This document shows, in pieces, positions 9,525 through 20,123 of a DNA stretch of 64,000 nt; within the stretch, counting starts at the first letter, position 1, and each line of letters opens with the position of its first letter. The DNA comes from Alphaproteobacteria bacterium (GTDB lineage: Bacteria > Pseudomonadota > Alphaproteobacteria > Rs-D84), in the NCBI GenBank assembly GCA_046881825.1, contig JBKSMS010000010.1:86348-150347 (forward strand). The letters run 5' to 3'. The position numbers and the translations under genes are program-made. The notes under the pieces are model-generated. The model was given only the letters and a program-made list of their open reading frames with translations. It ran no database searches and was not told where the DNA came from.

Positions 9525-11369
9525 TTAATCTGTTTCGGCAAAGCGATAAGCTTTCTTGCGACGCGTGCTGTCCAATTCCTTCTTGCGCAGACGAATTGTT
9601 GCAGGTGTCACTTCTACCAATTCGTCGTCTTGGATATAAGACAATGCTCCTTCCAAAGACATTTTTCTTGGTGGTGCCAAGAACAGTTTTTCATCTGCGG
9701 TAACTGAACGAACATTAGTCAACTGTTTACCACGAACTGGGTTGACTTCTATATCGTTTTCTTTGCTGTGTTCGCCAACAATCATGCCAGAATAAACTTC
9801 GGTTTGTGGGCCAACAAACAACACACCGCGTGGTTCCAAATTGTGCAGGGCATATGTTGTTGTTGAACCTGCTTCCATAGATACCAAAACCCCAGGGCGA
9901 TATTGTGAAATAGGTCCACGATATAAATCATATTTATCAAATACGCGATTCATAATTCCAGTCCCACGCGTATCAGTTCTGAATTCAGACAAATAACCAA
10001 TCAATCCACGTGATGGCGCAGAAAATACAATACGCGTTTTCCCAATTCCAGATGGTTTCATTTCTGTAATTGTTGCTTTGCGTTTTGTCATCTTTTCAAT
10101 TACAACACCGCTGAATTCGTCGTCTACATCAATAACGACTTCTTCAATAGGCTCTAACTTTTCACCATTTTCATTTGTTTGCATAACAACGCGTGGACGG
10201 CTGACACTTAATTCAAACCCTTCGCGACGCATGGTTTCAATTAAAATACCCAGTTGTAATTCGCCACGACCAGAAACTTCGAATGCTTCGTTATTAGAAC
10301 TTTGTGAAACTTTTAATGCGATGTTTGTTTCTGCTTCACGAAATAATCTTTCTCCAATCATACGCGAAGTCAATTTTTTACCGCTTTGCCCAGCCAAAGG
10401 TGAAGTGTTCACAAAGAAAGTCATAGTCAAGGTTGGTGGATCAATAGGCATTGCCGGTATCGGTTCGGTGACGGATGGGTCACAAAGCGTATCTGCCACG
10501 GTTGCCTTGGAAAAACCAGCAACAACAACAATATCCCCCGCAGATGCGCTGTCGCGGGAAACTTTGTTCACACCTTGGTGTTCAATAATCTTTGTGATTT
10601 TTGCGTTTTCTATGAATTCGCCTTTCATATTAATAGCTTTCACAGATTGCCCCACACGAACTGTGCCAGATTCAATTTTGCCAGTTAAAATACGACCAAC
10701 ATATTGGTCAGCTTCTAATGTGGTCGCCAACATTTTAAATGGGGCATCCAATTGGCATCTTGTGCCACCGCAATCAGGTGCAGGTACATGGTCAACAATC
10801 AACTGGAACAAAGGTGTTAAATCTTTCTTTGGGTCATCAATATCTTTTAAATCACGAATTGCCCAACCGTCGCGCCCGCAAGCATAAAGGTAAGGAAAAT
10901 CAAGTTGAGAATCTGTTGCACCCAATTTATCAAACAAATCGAAAGTTTCTGTTAAAACTTCGTCTGGTCTGGCATCGCTGCGGTCAATTTTATTTATACA
11001 AACAATAGGACGCAGATTTAATTTTAATGCCTTTGATAACACGAATTTAGTTTGTGGCAGGGGACCTTCGGCACTGTCCACCAATAAAACCACACCATCA
11101 ACCATGGATAAAATACGTTCTACTTCGCCACCGAAATCAGCGTGCCCCGGGGTATCTACGATATTGATTTTATATTCACCCCATTGAATAGATGTAGGTT
11201 TAGCAGAAATAGTAATCCCGCGTTCGCGTTCAATATCGCCACTGTCCATGACGCGATCTTCGACATGTTCATTTTCACGGAAAGTCCCCGCCTGTTTCAA
11301 CATATTATCAACCAAGGTGGTTTTACCATGGTCAACGTGCGCTATGATAGCTATATTACGTATTTTCAT
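9525..11369 (-). CDS. typA: Translational GTPase TypA/BipA
   Basis: [30 protein letters not shown] and NKIDR motifs plus full-length BipA architecture. Start set at ATG 11369 ([17 protein letters not shown]). The ORF-track start at 11429 adds 20 non-conserved aa. Confidence 0.95.
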   Translation of the reverse strand: MKIRNIAIIAHVDHGKTTLVDNMLKQAGTFRENEHVEDRVMDSGDIERERGITISAKPTSIQWGEYKINIVDTPGHADFGGEVERILSMVDGVVLLVDSAEGPLPQTKFVLSKALKLNLRPIVCINKIDRSDARPDEVLTETFDLFDKLGATDSQLDFPYLYACGRDGWAIRDLKDIDDPKKDLTPLFQLIVDHVPAPDCGGTRCQLDAPFKMLATTLEADQYVGRILTGKIESGTVRVGQSVKAINMKGEFIENAKITKIIEHQGVNKVSRDSASAGDIVVVAGFSKATVADTLCDPSVTEPIPAMPIDPPTLTMTFFVNTSPLAGQSGKKLTSRMIGERLFREAETNIALKVSQSSNNEAFEVSGRGELQLGILIETMRREGFELSVSRPRVVMQTNENGEKLEPIEEVVIDVDDEFSGVVIEKMTKRKATITEMKPSGIGKTRIVFSAPSRGLIGYLSEFRTDTRGTGIMNRVFDKYDLYRGPISQYRPGVLVSMEAGSTTTYALHNLEPRGVLFVGPQTEVYSGMIVGEHSKENDIEVNPVRGKQLTNVRSVTADEKLFLAPPRKMSLEGALSYIQDDELVEVTPATIRLRKKELDSTRRKKAYRFAETD

Positions 11370-11506
11370 ATTATTCTTCTTTGTTTTTGCAAAACAATAA
11401 ATTGTATCATATTTTTTTGTTTTCGCCAAATTATATATGAAATATTGACAATTGCAACAAGTTTGTCTATAATGCGTAAGAGATAATTTTAAGGTATAAA
11501 TTTAAA

Positions 11507-11947
11507 ATGACGACGGACTTTACATCTGTGGTTAGGTTATTTTTTGCCTCTGTGTATAGATACATACACAGGGTGAATTCTTCTTGTTGTGATTTGCAAT
11601 GCAAATCAGATGTTGAAAAAACTGTCCAAGAAATAAAAAACATAGAAGCAAAAGTTTATGATTTAATCCAAGAACGTCTTGTATCTGGCTATAATGCGTA
11701 TGTTTTGTATCATAAACAGTATGATATTTGGTCTTTTGAATATACGGGATTAGACAAGTGTTTAATTGATAAAAATGTTTTATCGGCATACAAGCAAGTA
11801 ATAGAAAGAATTTGTGAATATTACAGTGTTGTAATCCCAAGAAACGCAAGAATTATGCCAGCTTTGAAAGTATGGGCATGTTCCATAACGGCTGCTAATT
11901 TTAAATTAATTTTTAAAGTAAAAAATATCAAAGAACAATCAAGATAA
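11507..11947 (+). CDS. Hypothetical protein (146 aa), no recognisable family
   Basis: Only long ORF in the typA-serS gap. AAGG upstream of the ATG and an intrinsic terminator just after the stop. No motif recognised. Confidence 0.35.
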   Translation: MTTDFTSVVRLFFASVYRYIHRVNSSCCDLQCKSDVEKTVQEIKNIEAKVYDLIQERLVSGYNAYVLYHKQYDIWSFEYTGLDKCLIDKNVLSAYKQVIERICEYYSVVIPRNARIMPALKVWACSITAANFKLIFKVKNIKEQSR

Positions 11948-11974
11948 AAAATCGCCCAAGCGGGCGATTTATTT
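11946..11974. terminator. Bidirectional intrinsic terminator between the 11507 ORF (+) and serS (-)
   Basis: aaatcgccc-aagc-gggcgattt (11949-11970) with A-run and T-run flanks. Confidence 0.75.
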
Positions 11975-13253
11975 AATGTTTTCCACCAATCTTTGTTCGG
12001 CCCCCCATCAATGGTTGTAATTTCTTTGGTATATTTACAGAACCGTCCGCATTTTGATGATTTTCAATAATTGGAACCAAAGCGCGAGGCAGGGCGATTC
12101 CTGTGCAATTCAGGGTTGCAACAAATTTCACTTCATTTGTTGCATTTTCGCGATAACGGGTATTTATTCTGCGTGCCTGGAACTGTCCAATTGATGAACA
12201 AGAACCCAATTCGCGATAAGAATTTTCAGATGGGAACCATGCTTCGACATCGTTCATTTTAATTTTGTTAAATCCCATATCACCAGTACAGGCGGCAATT
12301 ACACGATATGGTAATTCAAAATCTTCCATCAATTCGCACATATTGTTCAGTATAAATTCATGCATTTTATCGCTGTCTTCGGGTTTGCAGAATATGTATT
12401 GTTCGACCTTGTTAAATTGATGGACACGAACGATTCCGCGGGTGTCGCGACCAGCCGCACCAGCTTCTTTGCGAAAACAAGGTGAAAAACCAGCGAACTT
12501 CATAGGCAAATCATTTTCATTTAATATTTCATCAGCATACAAAGAATTTAAAATAATTTCTGATGTGCCCGCCAAACATCTGTCTGTGTCAGTTAACATA
12601 AACACATCATTGTTCATAACAGAAAGGTCAGAGCCCATAAAATGTCCCGCATTGAAAATGGTTTGTGGTTTTGTGATAGATGGACATTCGATATATTTGA
12701 ATCCTTTGGCAATTAACTTTTGAATTGTATAAGTTTGTACAGCCAATTCTAATTCTGCCAATTCGCCACACAGCGCATAAACGCGTGTGCCGCAAATATT
12801 TGCGATTTTTTCTGGCATCCACCAGCCGTTCATTTCTAATAATTCCCATTGTGGACGTGGGGTAAAATCGAATTCGCGAACCTTCCCTTGGCGGCGGATT
12901 TCAATGTTTCCAGATTCATCCGCGCCAATTGGAGAATCTGCAGACGGTATTTGTGGAACACGATGAAGCAAGTCGTTAAGTACTGCTTCTTTTTCAGCCA
13001 ATTCAGCCATGTCGTTTGCGATTTCTTCGCTTATCGCTTTTGATTTAGCAACCAGTGCGGCTTTGTCAGTTGCAGTTGGTATTTCACGTGAAATTTTGTT
13101 CTTTTCAGCGGTCTTGGTTTGTGTAATTGTTTTTAATTCACGCACGCGCACATCAAGCGCCAAAATATCATCAACGACATCTGGAAAATTTTTAACCAGA
13201 CATGCGTTTTTTACAATATCTTTGTTTTCACGAATAAATTTTAAATCTAACAT
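11973..13253 (-). CDS. serS: Seryl-tRNA synthetase
   Basis: MLDLKFIREN N-terminus, coiled-coil arm, and class II motifs FRKEAGAAGRDTRGIVRVHQFNKVE and GTGIALPRALVPIIENHQ. Confidence 0.95.
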   Translation of the reverse strand: MLDLKFIRENKDIVKNACLVKNFPDVVDDILALDVRVRELKTITQTKTAEKNKISREIPTATDKAALVAKSKAISEEIANDMAELAEKEAVLNDLLHRVPQIPSADSPIGADESGNIEIRRQGKVREFDFTPRPQWELLEMNGWWMPEKIANICGTRVYALCGELAELELAVQTYTIQKLIAKGFKYIECPSITKPQTIFNAGHFMGSDLSVMNNDVFMLTDTDRCLAGTSEIILNSLYADEILNENDLPMKFAGFSPCFRKEAGAAGRDTRGIVRVHQFNKVEQYIFCKPEDSDKMHEFILNNMCELMEDFELPYRVIAACTGDMGFNKIKMNDVEAWFPSENSYRELGSCSSIGQFQARRINTRYRENATNEVKFVATLNCTGIALPRALVPIIENHQNADGSVNIPKKLQPLMGGRTKIGGKH

Positions 13254-13263
13254 TTTTTTGCCT

Positions 13264-14160
13264 TTATTCTTTGGAATTCAAATAAGCAATTGCATCCATT
13301 GCAGCACTGCATCCCGTTCCCACAGCCGTTGCAATTTGCATTTTTATATTGCTGTGGACGTCGCCGGCAACAAACATGCCAGATGGTAAGCTTTCTGGGG
13401 CAATGCGTCCCATTTCATCGCGTTTGATTATTTCGGATAAATAGTCAGTATTCGCTTCGTGTCCAATCGCAACAAAAATCCCATCTGTTTCTATTTCTGT
13501 CCCGTTCGTAGTAGTCGCAATCAATTTATCAGAATCAGGTTTTCCAGCAATAGATTTTAATTCTGTGTTGAACATACATTTTATGTTGTCGCGCTCTTTA
13601 ATTCTGTCGCGCAGTATGCTTTCCGCACGGAAGAATTCAGATTTGCGATAAACAATAGTGACTGTTTTTGCAACATCAGCCAAATACAAAGCATCGTTCA
13701 AAGCGCTGTTCCCACCACCGATAACCAAAACATCGCGACCAGAATAAAAGAACCCATCACAGGTCGCGCAATAAGAAACCCCACGACCAAAAAATTCACG
13801 CGCCCCCGCGATTTCCAACCGACGCGCGGTTGCACCCGTTGCCAAAATAACAGTTTTTGAATCGAGAGTTTTGCCATTATCGCAAATGATAGAGTAGGTT
13901 CCATCAGCATTGAATTTGATATCTGTTGCCGAAGTGTATTCGATTTTTGTTCCGAAACTTTCCGCCTGTTTTTTCATAAATTGAATCAGTTCCATCCCGG
14001 AACCAGCCCAGCCCGGGTAATTTTCCAACCTTGCGATTTCTGCGGTTTGCCCCCCCAGGGAAGCCCCAGCCAAAATAACAGTGTTTTTGTTTGCGCGTCC
14101 CATATATATAGCGGCGGTCAATCCCGCGGGCCCCGAACCCAAAATAATACAATCTAACAT
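13264..14160 (-). CDS. trxB: Thioredoxin-disulfide reductase
   Basis: FAD site ILGSGPAGLTAAIY, redox centre CATCDG, NADPH site VIGGGNSALNDALYL. Start at ATG 14160 with GGAAAAAGAG SD. The ORF-track start at 14235 adds 25 aa. Confidence 0.93.
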   Translation of the reverse strand: MLDCIILGSGPAGLTAAIYMGRANKNTVILAGASLGGQTAEIARLENYPGWAGSGMELIQFMKKQAESFGTKIEYTSATDIKFNADGTYSIICDNGKTLDSKTVILATGATARRLEIAGAREFFGRGVSYCATCDGFFYSGRDVLVIGGGNSALNDALYLADVAKTVTIVYRKSEFFRAESILRDRIKERDNIKCMFNTELKSIAGKPDSDKLIATTTNGTEIETDGIFVAIGHEANTDYLSEIIKRDEMGRIAPESLPSGMFVAGDVHSNIKMQIATAVGTGCSAAMDAIAYLNSKE

Positions 14161-14289
14161 CTCTTTTTCCTTGTTTAAGTCTGGGAAATCATACCATAAA
14201 AACCATATCTTGCAAATATAAAATTTTAAAGGCAAATAATGTATTTTTTAAACTTTGTTTTAAGTGTTTTTTGTGATAAAATACCAATC

Positions 14290-16500
14290 ATGGATAAAAA
14301 ATCAAAGTTTTTGCCAGAAAGTATTTCTTCGCTGTTGCGGAATTTGACTTTGCGCGCACTGGGCGTATTGGTTTGTTTAATTGCACTATTGTTGATTTTG
14401 ACTTTGTTCTTTGGTGGCTCTTATTTGTCTGGTTTTGCGACGCAAAGCACTTTTGGGGGACAGGGCGTAATCGGTGGAACTGTCGCGTTTTCGCGTTATG
14501 TTGTTGGGTTTATACCTTCGTTATTTTTATTTCTTTGTTTGGCAAGATTCGGGCTTAGTTTGTTAATAGCGTGGGAACAAGAACGCGCGCCTGAATATAA
14601 TTTATTGCGTGGGTTTGTGACTTTGTGTGTTGGATGCGCTGGGTTTGGTTTAATGTTCCCGTCTGCTAGTTTTGGTGGATTATTTGGCGCGATTGTTTCT
14701 GCTGATTTGGGGTCGGTATTATCTGTTGCGTCGATACCTGTGGGAATATTGCTGGTTGGGTTGTTTCTTTTGATGGCGGGGATGTTGTTGCATGTTCAAT
14801 GGCATCATGTAAAGACTGCGGCGATTAAAACTTGGAATCTTTGCCGGTGGTGTTTAACCGCTTTCCGTTTGATGAAGATGAAAGAGCCTGATGAAGAAGA
14901 GATTGAAGAAGAGATTGAAGAAGATGATGAAGAAGTCGAAGAAGAGGAACAAGAAAAACCAAAACGGCGCAAGGCTGTGCGTAAAAAATCTGTTGCGATT
15001 AGTGGTATGGAACATGAATATGAATTGCCTGACCCTGAATTGTTAGAAAAGTCTGTGTTCGGTAAAAATGTTGTGACACCTGAATTAAAACGAAATGCTG
15101 AAGCAATGGAAATCCATTTTTCTGAATACGGTGTGAACGGCAAAGTTGTTGGTATTCATCCTGGTCCTATTGTCACACTTTACGAATTTATGCCGGACAG
15201 CGGGACCCGTATGGTTGATGTCAGCAAAACTGTAAAGGATATGACACGCGCTATGGCGACCGAAAACATCCGTATAGCGCATATTCCATCAACTCAACTT
15301 ATTGGTGTTGAAATGGTGAATCTTAAACCACAAATGGTTCGATATCGTGGTTTGATTGATAATGCTTTGTTTGTAAATTCAAAGTATAAAATACCACTTG
15401 CGCTGGGGGTGGACATTGGTGGAAATCCAATGTACTTTGATTTGGCAAAAATGCCACACATGTTAGTCGCGGGTCGTACGGGTTCTGGAAAATCTGTTTT
15501 TGTGCAATCTATTATCACTTCGATTGTGTATCATTTTACACCTGATAAATGTAAGCTTATTATCATCGATCCAAAAGGTGTTGATTTTGGATTCTGGGAT
15601 AACATACCACATTTAATAACCCCAATCGTAAAATTAGATCCGGCTGCAGCTGTGAATGCTTTGAAATGGGCTGTGCGCGAAATGGAAGAAAGATATAAAC
15701 AGTTGCAGATTGTTAATGCACGTAACATAGAAAGTTATAATGAAATTGTTGCACAAAAACGTGATGCTGGTGAAAGATTAACGCGTCAGGTTGTTGTGGG
15801 GACTGACCCTGAAACAGGCGCGATGGAATTTGAAGAACAGGAAGTAGATTTATCAGATATGCCATACATTGTTATTATTATTGACGAGGTTGCAGACTTG
15901 ATGGCACTGGCGCGCAAAGAAGTTGAAGCATGTGTTCAACGCATTGCTCAAAAAGCGCGTGCTGCGGGAATTCACCTGGTTATGGCGACACAAAGACCAG
16001 ATGCAACAACGATTACTGGGGTTATCAAGGCTAATTTCCCGACACGTATTTCTTTCCAGGCGCGCAGTGCGATTGATTCTATTACTACATTGGGTGAAAA
16101 GGGCGCTGAAAATTTAAGACCTTGTGGTGATATGTTGTTCAGTGAAGCAGGACGTGTTCCTGTGCGTATCCATGGTGCTTATATTGCGGATGAAGAATTG
16201 GCTGCGATTGGCAATTTCTTGCGCGAACAAGGTGAACCAGAATATGCCGAAGGCGTCACATCAGAAGAGGGTGCAGAGGTGAATTCTGTTCCTGGTGTTG
16301 CACCTTCAAAAGAGGCTAAATCCAATGACTTATATGAACAAGCTAAAGAAATAGTTTTACGTGATAAAAAGCCTACGATTTCTTATATTCAACGCAGATT
16401 AGGTATTGGGTATAACAAAGCGGCAACTATAATTGAACGTATGGAAAATGAAGGTGTAGTCAGTGCACCTGATGCTGGTGGAAAAAGACATATTTTGTAA
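14290..16500 (+). CDS. ftsK: DNA translocase FtsK
   Basis: N-terminal TM segments, acidic E/D-rich linker, motor domain with Walker A VAGRTGSGKSV and Walker B IVIIIDEVADLM, and gamma domain ISYIQRRLGIGYNKAATIIERME. ATG 14239 is an alternative start. Confidence 0.93.
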   Translation: MDKKSKFLPESISSLLRNLTLRALGVLVCLIALLLILTLFFGGSYLSGFATQSTFGGQGVIGGTVAFSRYVVGFIPSLFLFLCLARFGLSLLIAWEQERAPEYNLLRGFVTLCVGCAGFGLMFPSASFGGLFGAIVSADLGSVLSVASIPVGILLVGLFLLMAGMLLHVQWHHVKTAAIKTWNLCRWCLTAFRLMKMKEPDEEEIEEEIEEDDEEVEEEEQEKPKRRKAVRKKSVAISGMEHEYELPDPELLEKSVFGKNVVTPELKRNAEAMEIHFSEYGVNGKVVGIHPGPIVTLYEFMPDSGTRMVDVSKTVKDMTRAMATENIRIAHIPSTQLIGVEMVNLKPQMVRYRGLIDNALFVNSKYKIPLALGVDIGGNPMYFDLAKMPHMLVAGRTGSGKSVFVQSIITSIVYHFTPDKCKLIIIDPKGVDFGFWDNIPHLITPIVKLDPAAAVNALKWAVREMEERYKQLQIVNARNIESYNEIVAQKRDAGERLTRQVVVGTDPETGAMEFEEQEVDLSDMPYIVIIIDEVADLMALARKEVEACVQRIAQKARAAGIHLVMATQRPDATTITGVIKANFPTRISFQARSAIDSITTLGEKGAENLRPCGDMLFSEAGRVPVRIHGAYIADEELAAIGNFLREQGEPEYAEGVTSEEGAEVNSVPGVAPSKEAKSNDLYEQAKEIVLRDKKPTISYIQRRLGIGYNKAATIIERMENEGVVSAPDAGGKRHIL

Positions 16501-16562
16501 TTTTTGTCTTTTATATATTATTTTTTTATGATATAATTAATGATAAAGAAAAGGAGTTCTTT

Positions 16563-17888
16563 ATGAAAATATATACTATTGCTTTGGCGTTGGCTGTTGT
16601 TGCACCTGCGGTTGCAGCGAACGGTTATGAATATAATACAAATGTGACATCTGATTATTACACAACAAAACCTGCGGTAAAATCTGGTGCATATAAAACT
16701 ACAACAACAACTCGTAAAAATGGTGGATACAGCAATTCAATCCAAAATAATTTTTATTATCCTGCGCCACAGGGAACACGTGCTACATCTTCTTATGAAG
16801 TAGTTCCGGCACAAACAACTACTACGACTACGTATTCTTCGAATTACAACGGTGATTACAGAACAAGATACGATGACAGAAGCTATGACGATGGCTATGT
16901 GGTAAGGGAAAAACAAACTACAACCAGAACTTATTCGACCCAAGAACGTAAATATTTCTTGGCGCATCCTTTCTTCCAACCATTAAAGGGTAAATTTGGT
17001 TCGGTGACAGATTTTGCATATGCTACAAATAATTTCAAATTTAATTTGATAGATGGTTATGTGCTTGATTTGGATCAAAATAATTCAACATATGGTCAAG
17101 TAATTGGTGGCCCAGGGTCTGTTGATGTTGATGGCAAGGCACAAACAACACAATTCTTAATCAAAGAAGATTTCAGTTATGGTATAACTGATACTTTGGC
17201 TGTGATTGGTATGGTTCAATATGACAGCACCAAAACAAAATTCAAAGATTATTCTGATGGTTCGCCTTCAGACAGTTATTCTTCGTCTGGTTTGAATCTG
17301 TTTGGAATTGGATTGCAAGATCGTTTTGTTGATAATGATGAATGGATTGCGATGATTTCTGCATATTATCAACATCAAAAAGATACAGCAAATACATTTA
17401 TTGGTGAATTAAAAGCGGGCTATAAAATTAACAGAACAACCGTTTATGGTTTGTTGCGGGCTGGTTATTCTCGTCTGACCGAGGGTAACATTTATGGCGC
17501 TTATGTCGAAGATGGTGATAATTATATGATGTTGTCATATAAAACAGACACCAGAGATATCTTTCAAATCGAAGGTGGACTGGGGGCTTTTGCTGTCTTG
17601 AATAAATATTTCACATTAAATGGTGAATTGGTTTATGGACACTATGATTGGCATGAACAGTTGAATATCAAAGGCGCAATTGGTTGGCAACCGGGCGATA
17701 TGTTCGCTTTGAATTTGTATGCGATGACATCTTTGTATGATTCTGCAGATAGCAAGACCAAAGATTTCTTCATTTATGAAGTGAATCCAGATGGATATGC
17801 TACTTCGGCTGCTTATACAATCGGTAATTACAAAATCAAAGACTATAACGAATGGAAGATTGGTGTTCAGGCTATCTTGTATTTCTAA
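16563..17888 (+). CDS. Putative outer-membrane beta-barrel protein with T/Y-rich N-terminal low-complexity region
   Basis: Signal peptide MKIYTIALALAVVAPAVAANG, alternating amphipathic strands, and C-terminal ..GVQAILYF (terminal Phe, typical OMP signature). SD AAGGAG upstream. Confidence 0.55.
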   Translation: MKIYTIALALAVVAPAVAANGYEYNTNVTSDYYTTKPAVKSGAYKTTTTTRKNGGYSNSIQNNFYYPAPQGTRATSSYEVVPAQTTTTTTYSSNYNGDYRTRYDDRSYDDGYVVREKQTTTRTYSTQERKYFLAHPFFQPLKGKFGSVTDFAYATNNFKFNLIDGYVLDLDQNNSTYGQVIGGPGSVDVDGKAQTTQFLIKEDFSYGITDTLAVIGMVQYDSTKTKFKDYSDGSPSDSYSSSGLNLFGIGLQDRFVDNDEWIAMISAYYQHQKDTANTFIGELKAGYKINRTTVYGLLRAGYSRLTEGNIYGAYVEDGDNYMMLSYKTDTRDIFQIEGGLGAFAVLNKYFTLNGELVYGHYDWHEQLNIKGAIGWQPGDMFALNLYAMTSLYDSADSKTKDFFIYEVNPDGYATSAAYTIGNYKIKDYNEWKIGVQAILYF

Positions 17889-17920
17889 TATAGTTTGATT
17901 AATAAATATTTTGGTGCCAG

Positions 17921-18754
17921 ATGATGAAAAAAGTATGGTTGTCTTTGTTTGCAGTATGCGTCGGGTTTAACGCATATGGCGAAGGTGTGGTGTTGTCTGA
18001 TACGGCAGTTGATGACGATAGTATTGCCGAAGAATCAATTTCAACATACAATAATTCATCATCTGGTTCTGATTATAAGCAAATTACTATTGAAGATATT
18101 TTGGCGCGTGATACTTCTGATCCGTTGTTTTTGACGGCAGATAATCATTTTTTATCTGATACATTTTTATATTTCGCAGATGAAAAAATGCGCCTTGGTC
18201 AATATCTGGATTACGGTATAAATAATAATCTTGTTATACATGCCAATATTCTGTATCAATGGGATTTTTCTGGTCATCATGAAAATGGATTTTCTGCTAC
18301 TGAATTGGGTGGTGTGTATCGTATGAATCATGGGGATGGCGAATCCAGAATAATTTCTGATGCTTTGTTTGGGTTGAAATTGTGGGGTTCTTCCCATGTC
18401 CGAACACCTGAATATGCTGATTCTTCATATTATGCTGGACTTCGTTTTGGACGCAGATTTACCGGTGTGACATTGGCAGGGACTGTAAAATCAACATGGG
18501 TTTTTGATGATAATCGCGGGCTTTCTTATTTGAATTTTATCCCAGAAGCTTATTTTAGATTCAAATATGATTGGCGTGCTGGGATCGGACTTGATTTTTG
18601 TCGTTCTACAAATAAAAAATTGCTGGATAACCAAGAATGGTTGAATTTGAAATTGGTGAAACAATTCGGAAACACTCAATATGTTGGGCATTTTGATTAC
18701 GAATTTGGATCCAATGATGTTATGGGTGGAATTGACATAAAAATATTGTTTTAA
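17921..18754 (+). CDS. Putative outer-membrane beta-barrel protein
   Basis: Signal peptide MMKKVWLSLFAVCVGFNAYG and C-terminal ..GGIDIKILF. Lies 32 nt downstream of the previous OMP gene. Confidence 0.5.
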   Translation: MMKKVWLSLFAVCVGFNAYGEGVVLSDTAVDDDSIAEESISTYNNSSSGSDYKQITIEDILARDTSDPLFLTADNHFLSDTFLYFADEKMRLGQYLDYGINNNLVIHANILYQWDFSGHHENGFSATELGGVYRMNHGDGESRIISDALFGLKLWGSSHVRTPEYADSSYYAGLRFGRRFTGVTLAGTVKSTWVFDDNRGLSYLNFIPEAYFRFKYDWRAGIGLDFCRSTNKKLLDNQEWLNLKLVKQFGNTQYVGHFDYEFGSNDVMGGIDIKILF

Positions 18755-20016
18755 TTTTTTGACTGTTTCCTGAATGAATTCCAATAATCAAAACGTTTTT
18801 TGATTTCGCGTTCAAAACCGCGTTCAACTGGTTTATATAAACTTACGCGTTCCATATCTTCTGGAAAACAGTTTTGCCCGCTGCATCCAGTTTCGGTTTC
18901 TGGGTCATAAACATAGCCATCACCATATCCCATATTTTTCATCATTTTTGTTGGGGCATTTAAAATATTTTTTGGTGGCATCAAAGAACCTGTATCGCGT
19001 GCGACCCTGTACGAAGCGTTTTGTGCCTTGTACGCAGAAATGCTTTTTGGTGCAGTTGCTAAATATATAACCAGTTCTGTTATAGCGATATCACCTTCGG
19101 GTGAACCCATTCTTTCGTAAATTTGCCAAGCCGCCAAAGCAATTTGCATTGCGTTTGGGTCTGCCAGACCAACATCTTCCATTGCGAATCGGGTCAGGCG
19201 GCGCAACACATACCGTGGATCTTGTCCCGAAGTTATCATACGCGCAACCCAATAAAGTGCAGCGTCTGTATCAGAAGAACGTAAAGATTTATGAACCGCA
19301 GAAATTAAATTATAGTGTTCGTCCCCGTCTTTGTCTGACATAGGGGCGCGTTTTTGAATAGTGCTGTCCAATTTTTCAGGGGTCAAATCTTTTTTGAATT
19401 TTGCGGATGAAATATATTCAATGCTGTTTAATAAAAATCTTGCATCGCCATCTGCCATTTGGCAAAGATGTATTTTTGCATCATTTGTTAACGGGATTTT
19501 TTTACCTAAAAACGTTTCTGCGCGTCCCGTTAATGTCAACAAATCCGTCGTACACAGCGGTTTTAACACACAAACATGACAACGCGAAAGTAGGGCGTTA
19601 TTCAAATTAAAACTAGGATTTTCAGTGGTCGCACCAATAAAAGTGACTGTGCCATCTTCAAGATACGGTAATAATGTATCTTGTTGGGTTTTATTAAAAC
19701 GATGTATTTCATCAATAAACAAAAGAGTATTACGTCCAATTTCACGGTTCATTTTGGCAGCTTCCATAACCTTTTTAATATCAGCTGTTCCAGAAAATAC
19801 AGCAGAAAGAGGAACAAAATCCATATCAACAGAATTAGCCAATGCGCGCGCAATAGTAGTTTTTCCACATCCTGGCGGTCCCCACAGAATCAAATTTGAT
19901 AAATTATTGTTATTTACCATTTGACGAATAATGCCATTTTCGCCTAATAAATCAGTTTGCCCCACGATTTCATCAATCGTTTTCGGACGCATTAAATCAG
20001 CCAAAGGTCTTGTCAT
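18751..20016 (-). CDS. rarA: Replication-associated recombination protein A (RarA/MgsA)
   Basis: Walker A LILWGPPGCGKTTIARAL, Walker B LFIDEIHRFNKTQQD, and MgsA C-terminal domain HYNLISAVHKSLRSSDTDAALYW. Start set at ATG 20016 (MTRPLADLMRP). Confidence 0.9.
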   Translation of the reverse strand: MTRPLADLMRPKTIDEIVGQTDLLGENGIIRQMVNNNNLSNLILWGPPGCGKTTIARALANSVDMDFVPLSAVFSGTADIKKVMEAAKMNREIGRNTLLFIDEIHRFNKTQQDTLLPYLEDGTVTFIGATTENPSFNLNNALLSRCHVCVLKPLCTTDLLTLTGRAETFLGKKIPLTNDAKIHLCQMADGDARFLLNSIEYISSAKFKKDLTPEKLDSTIQKRAPMSDKDGDEHYNLISAVHKSLRSSDTDAALYWVARMITSGQDPRYVLRRLTRFAMEDVGLADPNAMQIALAAWQIYERMGSPEGDIAITELVIYLATAPKSISAYKAQNASYRVARDTGSLMPPKNILNAPTKMMKNMGYGDGYVYDPETETGCSGQNCFPEDMERVSLYKPVERGFEREIKKRFDYWNSFRKQSKN

Positions 20017-20123
20017 TTTATTTTGTTTTGTCTTTATTTGTGATATAATGATTGTATTAGATAATAACTGATTTATCAAGTCAAAGAATTTGTTTTGGTT
20101 GTTTTTAACAAATAGGAAAAAAT

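Noticed and set aside
10078-10887. 269-aa ORF on the + strand inside typA
   Set aside because: It is entirely antisense to a strongly supported, full-length BipA/TypA gene. Its translation is low-complexity (S/T/P/I-rich) with no motif or RBS. This is a typical shadow ORF.
11370-11429. N-terminal extensions proposed by the longest-ORF track (typA, and likewise trxB 14161-14235, der 32053-32181, rarA 20017-20079, virD4 40317-40436, lpxD 49329-49379)
   Set aside because: The extensions are non-conserved and often hydrophobic or junk-like. They overlap divergent neighbours or terminator hairpins. Canonical family N-termini with SD sequences start at internal ATGs.
14884-14950. Tandem gaagaagagatt repeats in ftsK as a variable SSR
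   Set aside because: The unit is 12 nt (in frame), there are only two clean copies, and it encodes the usual acidic FtsK linker. No frame-switching potential.
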